Positions 147,672-158,892 of a DNA stretch of 248,000 bases are shown here, one piece after another. Positions within the stretch are counted from its first letter, which is position 1; each line of letters starts with the position of its first letter. The stretch is from Andalucia godoyi And28 (lineage: Eukaryota > Protista > Jakobida), in contig VRVR01000022.1 of assembly GCA_009859145.1 (NCBI GenBank), positions 20,001 to 268,000 of the forward strand. Reading direction: 5' to 3'. Made by a program: the position numbers and the translations under genes. Under the pieces are notes generated by a model. That model was given only the letters and a program-made list of their open reading frames with translations, did no database searches and was not told the origin of the DNA.

Positions 147672-149537
147672 TTGAGAATGACTTCGCGAGTGATATCTCT
147701 GACAGAAAGTGCGCGATCGACATACTGCGATCTCGCGAGTGTCTATCCTGATTTCGAGCTCGAGTTGTACTTGCTGAATCTGATAGCGCTGTCGTCGCTC
147801 AGGGTGGCCAGCAGAGACGAGGATCCAAGAGCTGCTGCACAGTACTTGTTCGTTGCGACGACAGGCAACACAATTCGAGTGCTCGTGAGACCGAGTGCAG
147901 TATGCGCACATTTTGAGCACCGCTGTGTTATGGAAGTGCCAAACGCAGTGCAGATTCATCAAATCCGAACTGGATTTTTGCTGCAAGGTAACGCAGAACA
148001 GGTTCTTGTAGCGGTGTGCGAGCCTGACATCATTGCCATTTACTACATGGATCGTGAGGGATTTGAGACGAGACCGCCGCTGGTGATCCACGAGTCTCCG
148101 GCTCCATGGTCCGTGGATATCTCCCCCGGACTGTGTGCCATTGCCGTTGGATCCAATGCTCACACAGTGCGGGTTGTCAGCTTGGGATCCAATCCGGGAA
148201 ATGTCGACGAATCGAAAAGAATGGTGCATGGTAACAATGTTCCGTACGTTTCGTTTTCTCCCTGCGGTAGGTTCATTGCTACTGCTTCCATTGATGCCGG
148301 CTTCCGCATTTTTCAAATCAGCGACATTGGAGAATCGAGCCACATCGAAAGACGGATTAGTCACTTTGTTCCCGTGCTCCGGCTGCGAAGAAAGTGGAGC
148401 GAATGGTGCTGGTCAGTGAAGTGGCTTGAAAAAAAGTTTGCGTGCCAACACTGTTCCGTGGCTCAATTCTGGGACGCTTTCCACGTGGTGTCGTCAACGG
148501 ATTGGTATCCCAGATACCTTATTGGTGCTGTTATGCCAGTCTCGGTCAGAAACAGACCAGCTCCGCCTTCGTACATGAATGAGGAATCAGATGGAGCGCT
148601 CATTAGCAGGCACTTATCGGATTCTCTTTCGGAATCGTCATTCAGTGATCATGAAGCCGGAAGCAATGTTGAACATGAAGAAGGGCAAGAGGAGAGCGAG
148701 GGAGAGGGAGAGGTCCATCCTGTGCGTACAAGTTATTCCGATCCTGCCGAGAGTCGTCTGGAATTCCACCGAATGTTCGAAGAGCTTTCTGGTCTTATCA
148801 AGCATTTCGGCGAGAGAATCCCTGGCAAATACATGGAAGTGTACAATGACTGGACAGCAATGAGTTTTCCGGATCTCGTGGAAACGACCAGCGTCGGTGG
148901 TGTAAATCGCATGATTGATTCCATGGACGAGGTGTTGAAAGGGATCTACGAGAATTTGCGTTCTCAGGACAATCTACATCTATCCGAGAGTCCACCGAAC
149001 ACGGAGACTTGGAAGACTGCGCTTTCCCAATACATCATGCTCGGAGGTAGCAAGCAGCACTGCATTCTTTTTGATCCTCTTGATGGCGCAGTCACATTTC
149101 GCATGATGGGCGAGCGGTCGCTGCTCGACAACTGGCATGCAGCAAGAATCTCCTTTTGTGAAGTTTCGCAATTCAGTGTTGCCATTTCGTGTATGACAAC
149201 GCCGTACGCATTTGTTTTTCGTTTTTGCAAGCTTCCCGGAGACAGGCAGTACGTGCTGATGCCTTTTAAAGCAGCGCGATTTCCCTCCAGTGTTCGAAAT
149301 GTGCCCATCTGCTCTGGTCTGTGGCTCAATGAGATTGTCCTTCCCGATGACACTGGCGATGCACCTGTTCGACTTCTCGAACTCACCATTCTTTTGATCA
149401 GCGGACGTATGCTGACCTATCGATTTTCCCCGTTTGCAAATGCAGATGTTCTCAACGGAGAATCTGCAAGTTCCACGTTTGCTTCGCTAAGTGCATTGCA
149501 ATTGGATGTTTCTAGTGTGTACGCGGCAATGCTGTAG
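147672..149537 (+). CDS. WD40-like protein (CRT10-like)
   Basis: SAPWSVDI, IAVGSNAH.V.V, H.NNVPYVSFS. Confidence 0.6.
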   Translation: MRMTSRVISLTESARSTYCDLASVYPDFELELYLLNLIALSSLRVASRDEDPRAAAQYLFVATTGNTIRVLVRPSAVCAHFEHRCVMEVPNAVQIHQIRTGFLLQGNAEQVLVAVCEPDIIAIYYMDREGFETRPPLVIHESPAPWSVDISPGLCAIAVGSNAHTVRVVSLGSNPGNVDESKRMVHGNNVPYVSFSPCGRFIATASIDAGFRIFQISDIGESSHIERRISHFVPVLRLRRKWSEWCWSVKWLEKKFACQHCSVAQFWDAFHVVSSTDWYPRYLIGAVMPVSVRNRPAPPSYMNEESDGALISRHLSDSLSESSFSDHEAGSNVEHEEGQEESEGEGEVHPVRTSYSDPAESRLEFHRMFEELSGLIKHFGERIPGKYMEVYNDWTAMSFPDLVETTSVGGVNRMIDSMDEVLKGIYENLRSQDNLHLSESPPNTETWKTALSQYIMLGGSKQHCILFDPLDGAVTFRMMGERSLLDNWHAARISFCEVSQFSVAISCMTTPYAFVFRFCKLPGDRQYVLMPFKAARFPSSVRNVPICSGLWLNEIVLPDDTGDAPVRLLELTILLISGRMLTYRFSPFANADVLNGESASSTFASLSALQLDVSSVYAAML

Positions 149538-149880
149538 TTCTGTCATGCTGGAATTTGAAGAAATTGTCGCTGGTATTCGCTCTTCGTTACATGGTTGCGC
149601 CCTGCGGCGTGCAGCATTTTCAACTCCAGCACTGACTTCCCGTCGTCCAGCGAGTCTCCTGTTTCCACCATATCCATTTCAGGAATTCGGGGGTAGTCAA
149701 CGCCAACGCCAACGCCAACGTGAATGCCAGCTTCTGTGCATGTGAGACGTAACTGCATATTCGGCTTCGCTTTTCATGATGCAACGACTCAGTAAACAGT
149801 TGTCCGTATGTCGGTAAACCAGTTCCGCTGCTCCATGCAAATGCAGCCCTTGCTGTTGTACGAAACGCTGACAAACGGTG

Positions 149881-150096
149881 CGCCTACATTGTACACTAAC
149901 CACGGGTTATCATCGCTGATCACCCATAATCAATGTTGCAACCCAACAACATGCATAATGCAACGCGGCGGCGTGTGTATAGGGACTTCATGATCAAAAC
150001 GGGGCGAAACGACTCGGGCATCGTGTGACGGAGTTGCCAGTGCTTTTGCTTACGTGCGCTTCAGATTGATTCATCATATCGCAATAAGTGGCAGCG
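149881..150096 (-). mobile_element. Minimal 216-bp Fanzor2 element, family B copy 3
   Basis: CCGCTGCCACTTATTGCG left end joined almost directly to the GTGTACAATGTAGGCG right end. Confidence 0.85.
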
Positions 150097-150191
150097 GTTT
150101 TCTTTTTTTGTTTTCGTTTTGTTTTGTTCACTTTGTGCTGTTTCCTTTTTCCCGCCGACGCTTTCGTCGCCCGTCCATCAAAGGACTTAGA

Positions 150192-151085
150192 ATGCGAAGT
150201 CCTCCTCGGGGCCCGATAGGAGCCTCAAAACAACTGAAGCGGTCACAGTTCTACATATTTCTGTTCTTTTCCGTCATCCACCCATACATATTCGTCTTTA
150301 CGCTGTACACCATGTTACAAACGTCATTGCATTCTGTTGAGTTTCAAACGGCCTATGTTATTTTGTTCACAGTGACCATGTATCTGTACTCGAGACTTGT
150401 CAAATCGAACCCGGGGTACATTGACCAGCGGCTCATTGACGATCTTATCCGGCGGAACGGACCGTCATCGGTGTATCGCAAGTGTGAAGTTTGCTGTTTG
150501 GAAGTTCCATACCGATGTCGACACTGCTATGAATGCGGCCGATGCGTAGCTTTGATGGACCATCACTGTCCATGGATACAGTCTTGCGTAGGAGAGTACA
150601 ACGTTGCTCGGTTCTTCTGGTTTCTTGTCCTGGAATGTGTGCTTGTCGCCGTGACTTTGTGGATAACGGTCGATGCCCATTCCTGGAAAGCAATCTGGGA
150701 ATCCTGGAACCTTGTTTTTATTCTGTGCGTTCTGATATTTGCGCTGCTGTTCTCGTTTTCCATGGTTTGCTCGAATTTATGGCTGCTGTGGACCGGCCAG
150801 ACAACCTTGGAAATGGTAAAGTGGAGGTCGCTGGCGTACATGGAGCAGAAGAGACAATTTGATCGCGGCGTCAAGGAGAACTGTGGACTGGTTCTCAACT
150901 TTGCCCGAGTGTTCGGGTCCCAGAGCTTCCCTCCTCTCGTTGCGTGGATCGAACACAAAAAGAAAGCGACGAATCGCGACGTGGAGAGCCTGACAGACGC
151001 CGCGCCGTCTGACCATGCTCAATCTCGCTCATGCCCAGCGTGGGTTCACACCGTCACAGATAACAAGTACTACTCTTGTTTCTAA
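150192..151085 (+). CDS. DHHC palmitoyltransferase
   Basis: C..C..VPYRCRHC..C..CVALMDHHCPW. Confidence 0.92.
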   Translation: MRSPPRGPIGASKQLKRSQFYIFLFFSVIHPYIFVFTLYTMLQTSLHSVEFQTAYVILFTVTMYLYSRLVKSNPGYIDQRLIDDLIRRNGPSSVYRKCEVCCLEVPYRCRHCYECGRCVALMDHHCPWIQSCVGEYNVARFFWFLVLECVLVAVTLWITVDAHSWKAIWESWNLVFILCVLIFALLFSFSMVCSNLWLLWTGQTTLEMVKWRSLAYMEQKRQFDRGVKENCGLVLNFARVFGSQSFPPLVAWIEHKKKATNRDVESLTDAAPSDHAQSRSCPAWVHTVTDNKYYSCF

Positions 151086-151232
151086 AACGGAATGGATCCT
151101 CAGTTATGTAAAGAACAGTTAGTTTGTCGGTTCATTGTACATTTATCTTCTACGAGTGTGCAAGGCACTAGGGACCGGGAGGAGCAAAACAAAACCAAAA
151201 ACGAAAAAACGAAAAAGAAAACAGTTGAAACG

Positions 151233-152180
151233 TCACGACGCGAACGGCAAGATTTGTTCTTGAATGGACACACAACGCGGATCGCATTCCGAAAGGTACT
151301 TTTGGCTTTGCACCAGCGCAAGTTCCTTTCTTCCGAGCTCCGCAGTAACCTTCATTGTCAGATGCATGCCGGCGAGTGCTCTTTTCAGCACGACTGCTAC
151401 AGGGATGACTTCCCAGAGCGAACCTTGCGAACGGGTTGGGTTCCTGATTTCCTTGAGCAGCTGCGCGAGAAGGAGCGACGCAAACAGGTCTCCACAACCA
151501 GAAAAGGAGCCTTCGATTCGATCGAACTGCAGGAATATCCGCTGCTTGGAGCACGAATTCGAAGCCAGCAACACCATTTTCTTCGCACTTGTCTCTTCAA
151601 AAAGCCCAGGATCAACAGCGCAATCAAGGGAGGTGATGACCACAAGCTCGGGGCCCAGTTGATGGAGACTATTGCAGGCATCGAGTGCTGATTTCGTGTT
151701 TGTGATCTTGAATCCTGACAAGGTCTCCGCTTCGAAGTGGTTTGGAGTTACTACGTTTGCACAAGGAAGAATGAGGCTCTTGTACTGATCGACAAGCTGC
151801 GGAGGGACATACAGCTTTCCGTCATCGCCAAGCACCGGATCACAGAGATATAGTAATTGCGGGCTGTTCTGCGAGCTCCTCAGCTCGGAAATGACGTCCA
151901 CCACCGATTGCAGAAAGGCCTCAGAGCCGATAAACCCAGTCAACAATCCACTGTACAAGCTGAGAAAACGGTTGCTTCGAAGTCCATCAATGATCGTCCG
152001 CAGACCAGCTCCGTCCATGACCGTCCCCGTGCACACAGGATATCCCTTGTGGTTGCTGAAATGAACAGTGTTGACAGGATCGACTTCGATCCCGTTCAGC
152101 TGAAGCGGCAGCGTCGCCGCTTTGTTTCCTACATATCCATGCACAACATGCGATTGAATCGACAGCACCCGAACACTCAT
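151233..152180 (-). CDS. PDXK: Pyridoxal kinase
   Basis: RVLSIQSHVVHGYVGNKAA, CDPVLGD.GKLYV, TPNHFEAE, GCGDLF. Confidence 0.95.
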   Translation of the reverse strand: MSVRVLSIQSHVVHGYVGNKAATLPLQLNGIEVDPVNTVHFSNHKGYPVCTGTVMDGAGLRTIIDGLRSNRFLSLYSGLLTGFIGSEAFLQSVVDVISELRSSQNSPQLLYLCDPVLGDDGKLYVPPQLVDQYKSLILPCANVVTPNHFEAETLSGFKITNTKSALDACNSLHQLGPELVVITSLDCAVDPGLFEETSAKKMVLLASNSCSKQRIFLQFDRIEGSFSGCGDLFASLLLAQLLKEIRNPTRSQGSLWEVIPVAVVLKRALAGMHLTMKVTAELGRKELALVQSQKYLSECDPRCVSIQEQILPFAS

Positions 152181-152523
152181 TCCGTGCTTCCCTCCCTCTC
152201 CTCCTTCTTCCTCTCCCTTTCCCTCTCTCTCTCCCACCGTCACGTGGCTGCTGTCCATAGTCGTGAACATGCAAAATAGGAAATGACGTGACTCAGACGG
152301 ACTGACAGGTCGATGACAGACTGAGAAATCGACGCACGTAAAAAACGAGGACTGCTGGCGTCAATTGACGCTTGGAGGCCTTCGACCTGATGGATGCCTG
152401 TGGACGTACGAGAACCAGTACAGTACTGTACGTACTACAAACAAAAAAGTCAAAAGGAGGAGAGGTGCGACGTCCGGCATCTCTGGACTTCCTGACGTGT
152501 ATGCTCACCGAGTCGCACAGTGC

Positions 152524-153255
152524 ATGAAGCTGGATTTTGTGTTGTTGGTTGCTGTGTTGGTTGTAGTTGTGGTGTCTGTGATGCCAGGCGTTCGATCTCA
152601 GAGCCGAGCTCGCTCACTCTGCTTGTTTGAGCTGCTGGCGCCGGATGTCCAAGCTCGGTTTCGAGACATGATGGAGGATTCTGAATGGGGGGTGTTTTCC
152701 GTGGATGCGCAAGGGAGTGCTCGTGTGCTAGCAGATCACGATGCCGATGGGGCTCATGCGGGATTGCTGGTTCCTGTGGACCAGGATATGCGGTTATACA
152801 GGGTTGTTCGACGAAATCTCCTAAAGTGGGGTTTGCCCGAGGACCTGATGGATAATGTAGCGTTTGGAGACATGTTCATTCTGGACGATTATCGCGGAGC
152901 AGGAATCTTCTTTGCTGCGGACGACGGTTCAGAACGGTCTCCTCCGTTGTTTGTGAGGACTCAGATGGAGTATGGATACATGATTCCGGTCGAGTTGTGG
153001 CCGCTTGTGCTGTCGCACGGCCCTGTGTACTTTGCTCCATGGACGCAGACTGGGAACTTGCAGTTTGCTGAAATTCCAAAGCCAGAGAATGCAGAACAAC
153101 GAGCAGAGTTGGAAGAACGGTATCCACCCGATGACGAATTGTACGATCCGGATGTGCCAGAAGACAGTGCACAGTATGGCGTGTCTTGGGAAGGCAGCAC
153201 ATTTGATGATGAAACACCAGCAGAGTTACGACTTCTTCGTGGAAAACTCTATTAG
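152524..153255 (+). CDS. Hypothetical secreted protein
   Basis: Signal-like N-terminus; 243 aa. Confidence 0.55.
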   Translation: MKLDFVLLVAVLVVVVVSVMPGVRSQSRARSLCLFELLAPDVQARFRDMMEDSEWGVFSVDAQGSARVLADHDADGAHAGLLVPVDQDMRLYRVVRRNLLKWGLPEDLMDNVAFGDMFILDDYRGAGIFFAADDGSERSPPLFVRTQMEYGYMIPVELWPLVLSHGPVYFAPWTQTGNLQFAEIPKPENAEQRAELEERYPPDDELYDPDVPEDSAQYGVSWEGSTFDDETPAELRLLRGKLY

Positions 153256-153597
153256 ACGAGAGAGCACCTACTTACTGGAAACGTCTTTTTCACCTGAACG
153301 AGAACTACAAAGAAAACCAATACGGCGGGAGGAGAGCACTGCTCCTTCTTCTTAAAAGCATTCGCATTCGCATGCTCCTGCTGCATCTCGGTCGCTGGCC
153401 AACTGGAGCTTGAACTGACTGCTTGCTCGGTGTTTTGAAGTCTTTTCCAACGATGGAAAAGAGGCGCGATTGGGGCTGCAATCTCACATTTTTTTGGTAC
153501 TGTATTTTTATCCATAAAAAGGGAAGGATTCAAATCGGAGAGCTCGCTGCGCTGACTGCAGTGCAGCATCGTTTCTCACAAGATCAGGTGCTGTTTA

Positions 153598-154914
153598 TTA
153601 CAGAATGGGGTTATTGTACTGTGAAAGCATCCTCGCGCGCTTGGATTCCCGGAAATCCTTCTCGTCCTGAACCGTCGGTGTGATTGTCACCACGGGTCGT
153701 TTGCGATCTCTGAGTTCCTGTCCAGAGGCACACGACGCATTCATAACCTTCCGCAACGGAGCGAACTTGACGAATTGCTCTCCCTTTTCATTCGCGATTC
153801 TAAACAAGTATGAGCTTCCGTCGTTGGTGCTGAGGTTTTCCAACACGATTTCTCTTACAAACGAGTAAGGAGGCTGGGAGCCTTCTTCCAATGCGTTTGT
153901 CATCGTCTCTGCATTTTCTGGCATAGCATAAGCAAACCGCACAGTCTGTGGATCCGTCCGCACCAACAAGGCGCGCGTTGCGTCTTCCGTTTCGTTTGAG
154001 CTTCCATTCGGATTTGTCGAGAACTTAAGCTGCACCAGCGACTGTCCGAACATTTCCACATCCGGAATCACAGGCAGGATGCGCTTAATCTTCACGCTTG
154101 GATTCTTCGGATGCTTCGGCACAAAGATTCCCTTGTCGATTCTCTTCGCCATCTCGAATGTTTCTTCAATGCGGGCAAGTTTCGCCTCTTCCGACTCGTC
154201 CGAAGGATCGAATTCAGCCGCGAGTGAAACGTACGGGGCCTCCGCCTTCTTTTCCATCGATGCGTTCTTCTGCATCATCACTGCGCGTTTTCGAGCATGT
154301 TCCATTTGTTGTTGCTCTTGCAAAATGCGTGATGAAAGCGAGCCGTATCCCAGTCTCTCCTGCACAATCTTTGAGATTTCCGAAGTCATGTTTGCACTAA
154401 CTGGTTTCGGATCAAAGATGAACTTATCCACATCGGAAAGCAGCCCAGAAGACGAAGAGGAAGCTGCCGCTGCAAAATTCGACGCAGAGGCAGAAGCAGA
154501 AGCAGAAGCAGAAGCAGAGGAGGAGGCGGCAGAGGAAGAGGACGAAGATGCGGAAGAAGGCAAAGACGATTTTCCAGCTGCTGAGTTTGTAAGAATGGAC
154601 ATTAGCGCAGGATTGGCAGCTGCAGATCGAAAACGGAGTTTGAGAGATTCCGTGTCGACGAGATCAATTGGCATTCCAAGTTGGACCGAAGCTGGGTATG
154701 CAGGCTTTGCCATTTTTTCCAACAGATTCGGTTTGTACGCCGAGAATGGCTCGGATGGAATGTCGATGCGCAAAGGAACTGGGTCACACGGAACCACCGG
154801 AAGCAGCGAGGCAAAGTGGATCGGACACAAAAAGTCACTCTTCGAATGCAAACGAAGGTTCTGAGGACGCGGCCCAAGCTTCTCGCCACCGCTGCTCTTA
154901 GCTGTCGACGACAT
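153598..154914 (-). CDS. PAF1: RNA polymerase II-associated factor 1
   Basis: FLCPIHF..LP, GMPIDLV, IEETFE.AK, KHPKNPSV. Confidence 0.8.
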   Translation of the reverse strand: MSSTAKSSGGEKLGPRPQNLRLHSKSDFLCPIHFASLLPVVPCDPVPLRIDIPSEPFSAYKPNLLEKMAKPAYPASVQLGMPIDLVDTESLKLRFRSAAANPALMSILTNSAAGKSSLPSSASSSSSSAASSSASASASASASASNFAAAASSSSSGLLSDVDKFIFDPKPVSANMTSEISKIVQERLGYGSLSSRILQEQQQMEHARKRAVMMQKNASMEKKAEAPYVSLAAEFDPSDESEEAKLARIEETFEMAKRIDKGIFVPKHPKNPSVKIKRILPVIPDVEMFGQSLVQLKFSTNPNGSSNETEDATRALLVRTDPQTVRFAYAMPENAETMTNALEEGSQPPYSFVREIVLENLSTNDGSSYLFRIANEKGEQFVKFAPLRKVMNASCASGQELRDRKRPVVTITPTVQDEKDFRESKRARMLSQYNNPIL

Positions 154915-155162
154915 GCAGGCAACCAAAACAACCAAAACAACAGAAACAACAGAAACAGCAAATAGAACAGACCAGTAGACAGCGAGTACCAAACCACCAA
155001 TACGAAACAGAATGGAATTAGATAGACGACAAACAGGAAATAAGGAAAAACTATTAAATTTTCTTTATGCACAACTTGCGCACCGAAAACAATTGTGTTT
155101 TTTGATTTACGACTGCGACTGCAAGGGAGCGGGAGTGTCTGGTAATTTGAGAATCATTGCAG

Positions 155163-155676
155163 CGCCTACATTGTACACAAACCACGGATTATCATCGCTG
155201 ATCACCCATAATCAATGTTGCAACCCAACACCTTGTTTCCATACAACTTGCGATGGATTTCCCCGCAACGGCCGCACGTTTTAGACGTGCACTCCTCCGT
155301 CACAAGTCGCAATCGACACCTGCCGCTGTTGGAATTGATAATGACCCCGTGTCAACATCTGCCACGTCGTTGTCGCCTTGGCGATCTTTCCTGGCGGCGG
155401 CCCAGCGTCGGTGGAGATTGTCATAAGTCTTGCGCAACGCTGCGGGCGTGACCTGCATGGACATTAAAAACGAAAATAAGAAATGAGCGTCGGTGTGCGA
155501 GAATGCAATGTGGCGGCGTACTTATATAGGGACTTCATGATCAAAACGGGGCGAAACGAATCGGGCAATGTGTGACGGAGTTGCCAAGATAACAGACGCA
155601 TGCGCATGGGCGCGTGGCAGTGTTTTTGCTTACGTGCGCTTCAGATTGCTTCATCATATCGCAGCAAGTGGCAGCG
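155163..155676 (-). mobile_element. Non-autonomous Fanzor2 element, family B copy 4
   Basis: Same ends as B1-B3; MLTRGHYQFQQR, EECTSKTCGRCG. Confidence 0.88.
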
Positions 155677-155753
155677 GCTGACAACACAGCGCCGAGCAGC
155701 GGGTCCAAGAGACTGACGAAGAACGATAAACATAGAGTATACTGTACATGTGA

Positions 155754-156659
155754 TTATACTTTGAGCATTCGTTCTACGTTTCGAAGGATGGAGGCCGCGG
155801 TCCAAGCTCTGGAACTGGGAGGAACTGCAGGACACTGATTTTGAGCAATGCGCATGTACTTGTCCGAAACTGCAAAGTTGCCGCCAATGACCAGAACATT
155901 GTCGGCCATTGGCTTTCGAAGATCCTGTGTCAGCCTCGAAATGGACGTCCTGACTGCTCCGTCCACTGCCAACTCGATCCATTTCCTCTGCTTTTCATCC
156001 TCGGTTGCCATTTTCGTACTGGACGTTGCGGCATTATCCACCACATCCTGCGGGTTTGCATAGATATAATCGTCCAGATCGTCCAGTCGCATCTCGACGA
156101 CCGCGTCTTCGGAGATGCAACCCAGTTCTGCAACTGGGATGACTCGAATAATGCCACTGTGGGCAAAGTCGACTACCATGGAGCATTTCTTCCCGAGAAG
156201 GAGTGGCGCAACGAGTTCGGAAGTGACAATCGAGACCGACGAAGCCGAAAGCGGCGGTGATTCAAGACATTCTTTGCATATCTGCACAGTATACGGATGG
156301 ACAGTGTACGAAAACGAAAGCGTAATGTGTGAAAACGGAGGATTCACAAGCAAGTACTCCAAGATCAACGTCTTGAAATACCCACGAATACACTGCTGAT
156401 CCGCCGGACAAAGCAGCGCAAACTTCGTATTGCTGCTGCTGCTGCTCGCCCTCCCTTCTCCTACTGGTGCGGATGCAGATGCGGGTGTCGGGTCTGAATG
156501 CACGGCATGAAGAGATGGAAGCGGACGAGTAAGTATGGAAGCGACAAAGGCTGGTGATTGGATTGTGTGTCGAGGAAACGGATCACCTACAAAGCCAATG
156601 CGCGTGAAACACCTCCCGCATTCAATGATGATCGCTTGGGAACTCGAGCCGGAACTCAT
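155754..156659 (-). CDS. Actin-related protein, Arp10-like
   Basis: IIIECG..TRIGFVGD..PRH, VVDFAH, AWTAASI. Confidence 0.65.
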   Translation of the reverse strand: MSSGSSSQAIIIECGRCFTRIGFVGDPFPRHTIQSPAFVASILTRPLPSLHAVHSDPTPASASAPVGEGRASSSSSNTKFALLCPADQQCIRGYFKTLILEYLLVNPPFSHITLSFSYTVHPYTVQICKECLESPPLSASSVSIVTSELVAPLLLGKKCSMVVDFAHSGIIRVIPVAELGCISEDAVVEMRLDDLDDYIYANPQDVVDNAATSSTKMATEDEKQRKWIELAVDGAVRTSISRLTQDLRKPMADNVLVIGGNFAVSDKYMRIAQNQCPAVPPSSRAWTAASILRNVERMLKV

Positions 156660-157142
156660 CCAAATCCAGGCACCGTCCAGAATCCAAGAAGGAAAAGAAG
156701 AAAACACCAAAGCAACCCAACAATCAAAACAGACCAAAAGAAGCAGAACTGTCTGGAATTGAAAACAGACTCGGTCGAAATGACGAGCACTTACAGTAGC
156801 TGAAAACGTGCAATGCAGCGATTTCTGTAGCATCAAAGGCTCAAGGCATCCGAGAGACACGCTTGGAAACTGGTTGCGGACCTTCGGATGTCACCGTGGT
156901 TGGCTGGTTTGTGAGTGTGTGAGTGTGTGTGACGTTGTGCTGCTATCATTGTCATTTACTGAATTCTTATCTCCGGAGCAGTAGCAGTAGCAGTAGCAGT
157001 AGCAATAGCAGTAGGAAAGACGACGACGACGAAGAAGGAGTGGTGGTGGTGGTAGTAAGTGTTAAGAATAGGTGGGCTGGTTTTTTTATTTTTTATTTTA
157101 TTTAAATTTTAAATTTAAATTTTAAATTGGATTCTGCCGCCG

Positions 157143-158246
157143 ATGACCAGTCTCCCGTTTACGCCTGAAACGGAGGTGGTGTATGAGTTTTTTCTTGCGA
157201 TTCGTGAGATTTGCGAAGCCAAGTTCCGGGATGTCCCCGAGGTGTTTTACAATCCGCGGACCTTCATCGAGAGGTCTGGGTGGGGCCGCAAGTTTGGGTA
157301 TTCTCAAGATGCAAGTGCGTTGAAACGGCGCTACTTCTCCCTGGTTGAGAAGGAGGTGTTGTACTTTGCGTCGGACTCTCATGCAGGAAAGACGAAAAAG
157401 GCAAAGGGGACGATCAAGCTCGATTCGTTTACAACGTGCTTCCGGGTCAATATGGGAGAGCCTTTGCAGCTTGACGCGCTGGCCAAGCGAAAAGGGAGCG
157501 CAGAAGGACCAAATGGTCTTCGAATACGCGTGCCATCCGAATGCAGATCATACTACATATTTTTCGACCAGCCGGAAGATCGAGACTTTTTCCACGACGG
157601 AATCTGCTTCAACATTGAAAAGATCCGAACAGCAGACGAAACGTTTATTGAATGTGCGCTGAAGCATTTGGCAAATGCATCTGAATTTATCAAGCTGGAA
157701 AAGGACGCAGCGGGACTGGTGACGCGGATGAAGTGTGCACTGAGGCTTCGCATGCTTCCGTTCAAACCAGCCGAAGAAGACAACGGGCCGCAGGCTTGTG
157801 CCTTCCGTGCGATCCGACTTGGGAAATACGACATTTTCCAGGCCGAGTTTGTGTCGCACGCAAATCAAGACCTGGATCCATCCGAGTACATTCTCGGCGG
157901 AACGACGTACCTTTTAGAGCTCATATCGTTCAATTTGCGCTCGGAAACTGCGCTCAGTTGGTTTCTGGACTCGTACGATGTCAATGTCAACCAGCCCCAT
158001 CACGTGACGAAGGACACAGCGTTGCTTAGAGCAGTCCAGATCGGGCACGTGGAGCTCGTGAAGATTCTCTTGTCGTACGGTGCTGACGTCAATCTTGCAA
158101 ACAAGTTTGGCGAGTCACCCATGTCCGAGGCATATGTCCCCGAAATTCAGGCACTCCTCAGAACACCACCAGCAAGCCCTCCAAAAAGAACTGGCGCAAA
158201 GATTAACCACCACAAGATGATGTTTAGAGGCTCCATGCGTGTTTGA
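157143..158246 (+). CDS. PH plus ankyrin protein (paralog of next gene's N-terminus)
   Basis: KRRYF.L..LYF, YYIF; TALLRAVQIGHVELVKILLSYGADVNL. Confidence 0.8.
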   Translation: MTSLPFTPETEVVYEFFLAIREICEAKFRDVPEVFYNPRTFIERSGWGRKFGYSQDASALKRRYFSLVEKEVLYFASDSHAGKTKKAKGTIKLDSFTTCFRVNMGEPLQLDALAKRKGSAEGPNGLRIRVPSECRSYYIFFDQPEDRDFFHDGICFNIEKIRTADETFIECALKHLANASEFIKLEKDAAGLVTRMKCALRLRMLPFKPAEEDNGPQACAFRAIRLGKYDIFQAEFVSHANQDLDPSEYILGGTTYLLELISFNLRSETALSWFLDSYDVNVNQPHHVTKDTALLRAVQIGHVELVKILLSYGADVNLANKFGESPMSEAYVPEIQALLRTPPASPPKRTGAKINHHKMMFRGSMRV

Positions 158247-158504
158247 ACATTTGAAGATGTTTGGGAACGGAGTGCACTGGAGGAAGGGACCAGGGGATGC
158301 TGGATCTGAACGACTCTGCCCAGTGATCGATCATCGATTAAACGACATTTTAAAGAAATACTAAGATAGAATACATTGAGGAGGTTGTTACAAGTTGTTT
158401 GCGTTTGCTGCCGTTTGTTTCTTATTTTGCCGAGTTCAGCTCGGTCAAACCGGGCCTCGCGTCCCCCGAAAAGTCCTTTGTCCAGGACTCCAGGCAACGG
158501 GCAA

Positions 158505-158613
158505 CGCCTACATTATACACTGAACATGCATATCTACGGATGGTCGTGCATATTCAATCTTGCATCCCGTTGCCGGGAAGGGGATAGGGCCCCAACACGC
158601 CTCACGGCGCTCT
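158505..158613 (-). ncRNA. Putative omegaRNA scaffold (A5)
   Basis: Conserved hairpins. Confidence 0.6.
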
Positions 158614-158892
158614 TCAGATAGATGTTCCGCGCTCCGTTCCCAATCTCGATCAATCGGTGAGCCACTTTCTCAGCGTGACACGTTGTTCCTGAGAAGGGTG
158701 CATTTTTTGATTCTGACGGCACTAGCAGTAGGTGTAGTGACACGTGGTCTCTTAGTAGGTCTGCGGGACCTAGGAGGCCCTGTATCACGAATTCTTGTGA
158801 AGCAAACGAGCTGGTGTCGGCGACTGCTAACCGTGTCTGTTTATGGATACTTCCGTATATGCATGACAATGACGTATTATTATTAACCAGCG
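158505..158892 (-). mobile_element. Non-autonomous Fanzor2 element, family A copy 5 (further deleted)
   Basis: CCGCTGGTTAAT left end, same junction, intact right end. Confidence 0.88.

Noticed and set aside
158494-158507. GGCAACG direct repeat at the A5 right junction as a target-site duplication
   Set aside because: Present on one side only and absent from other copies.
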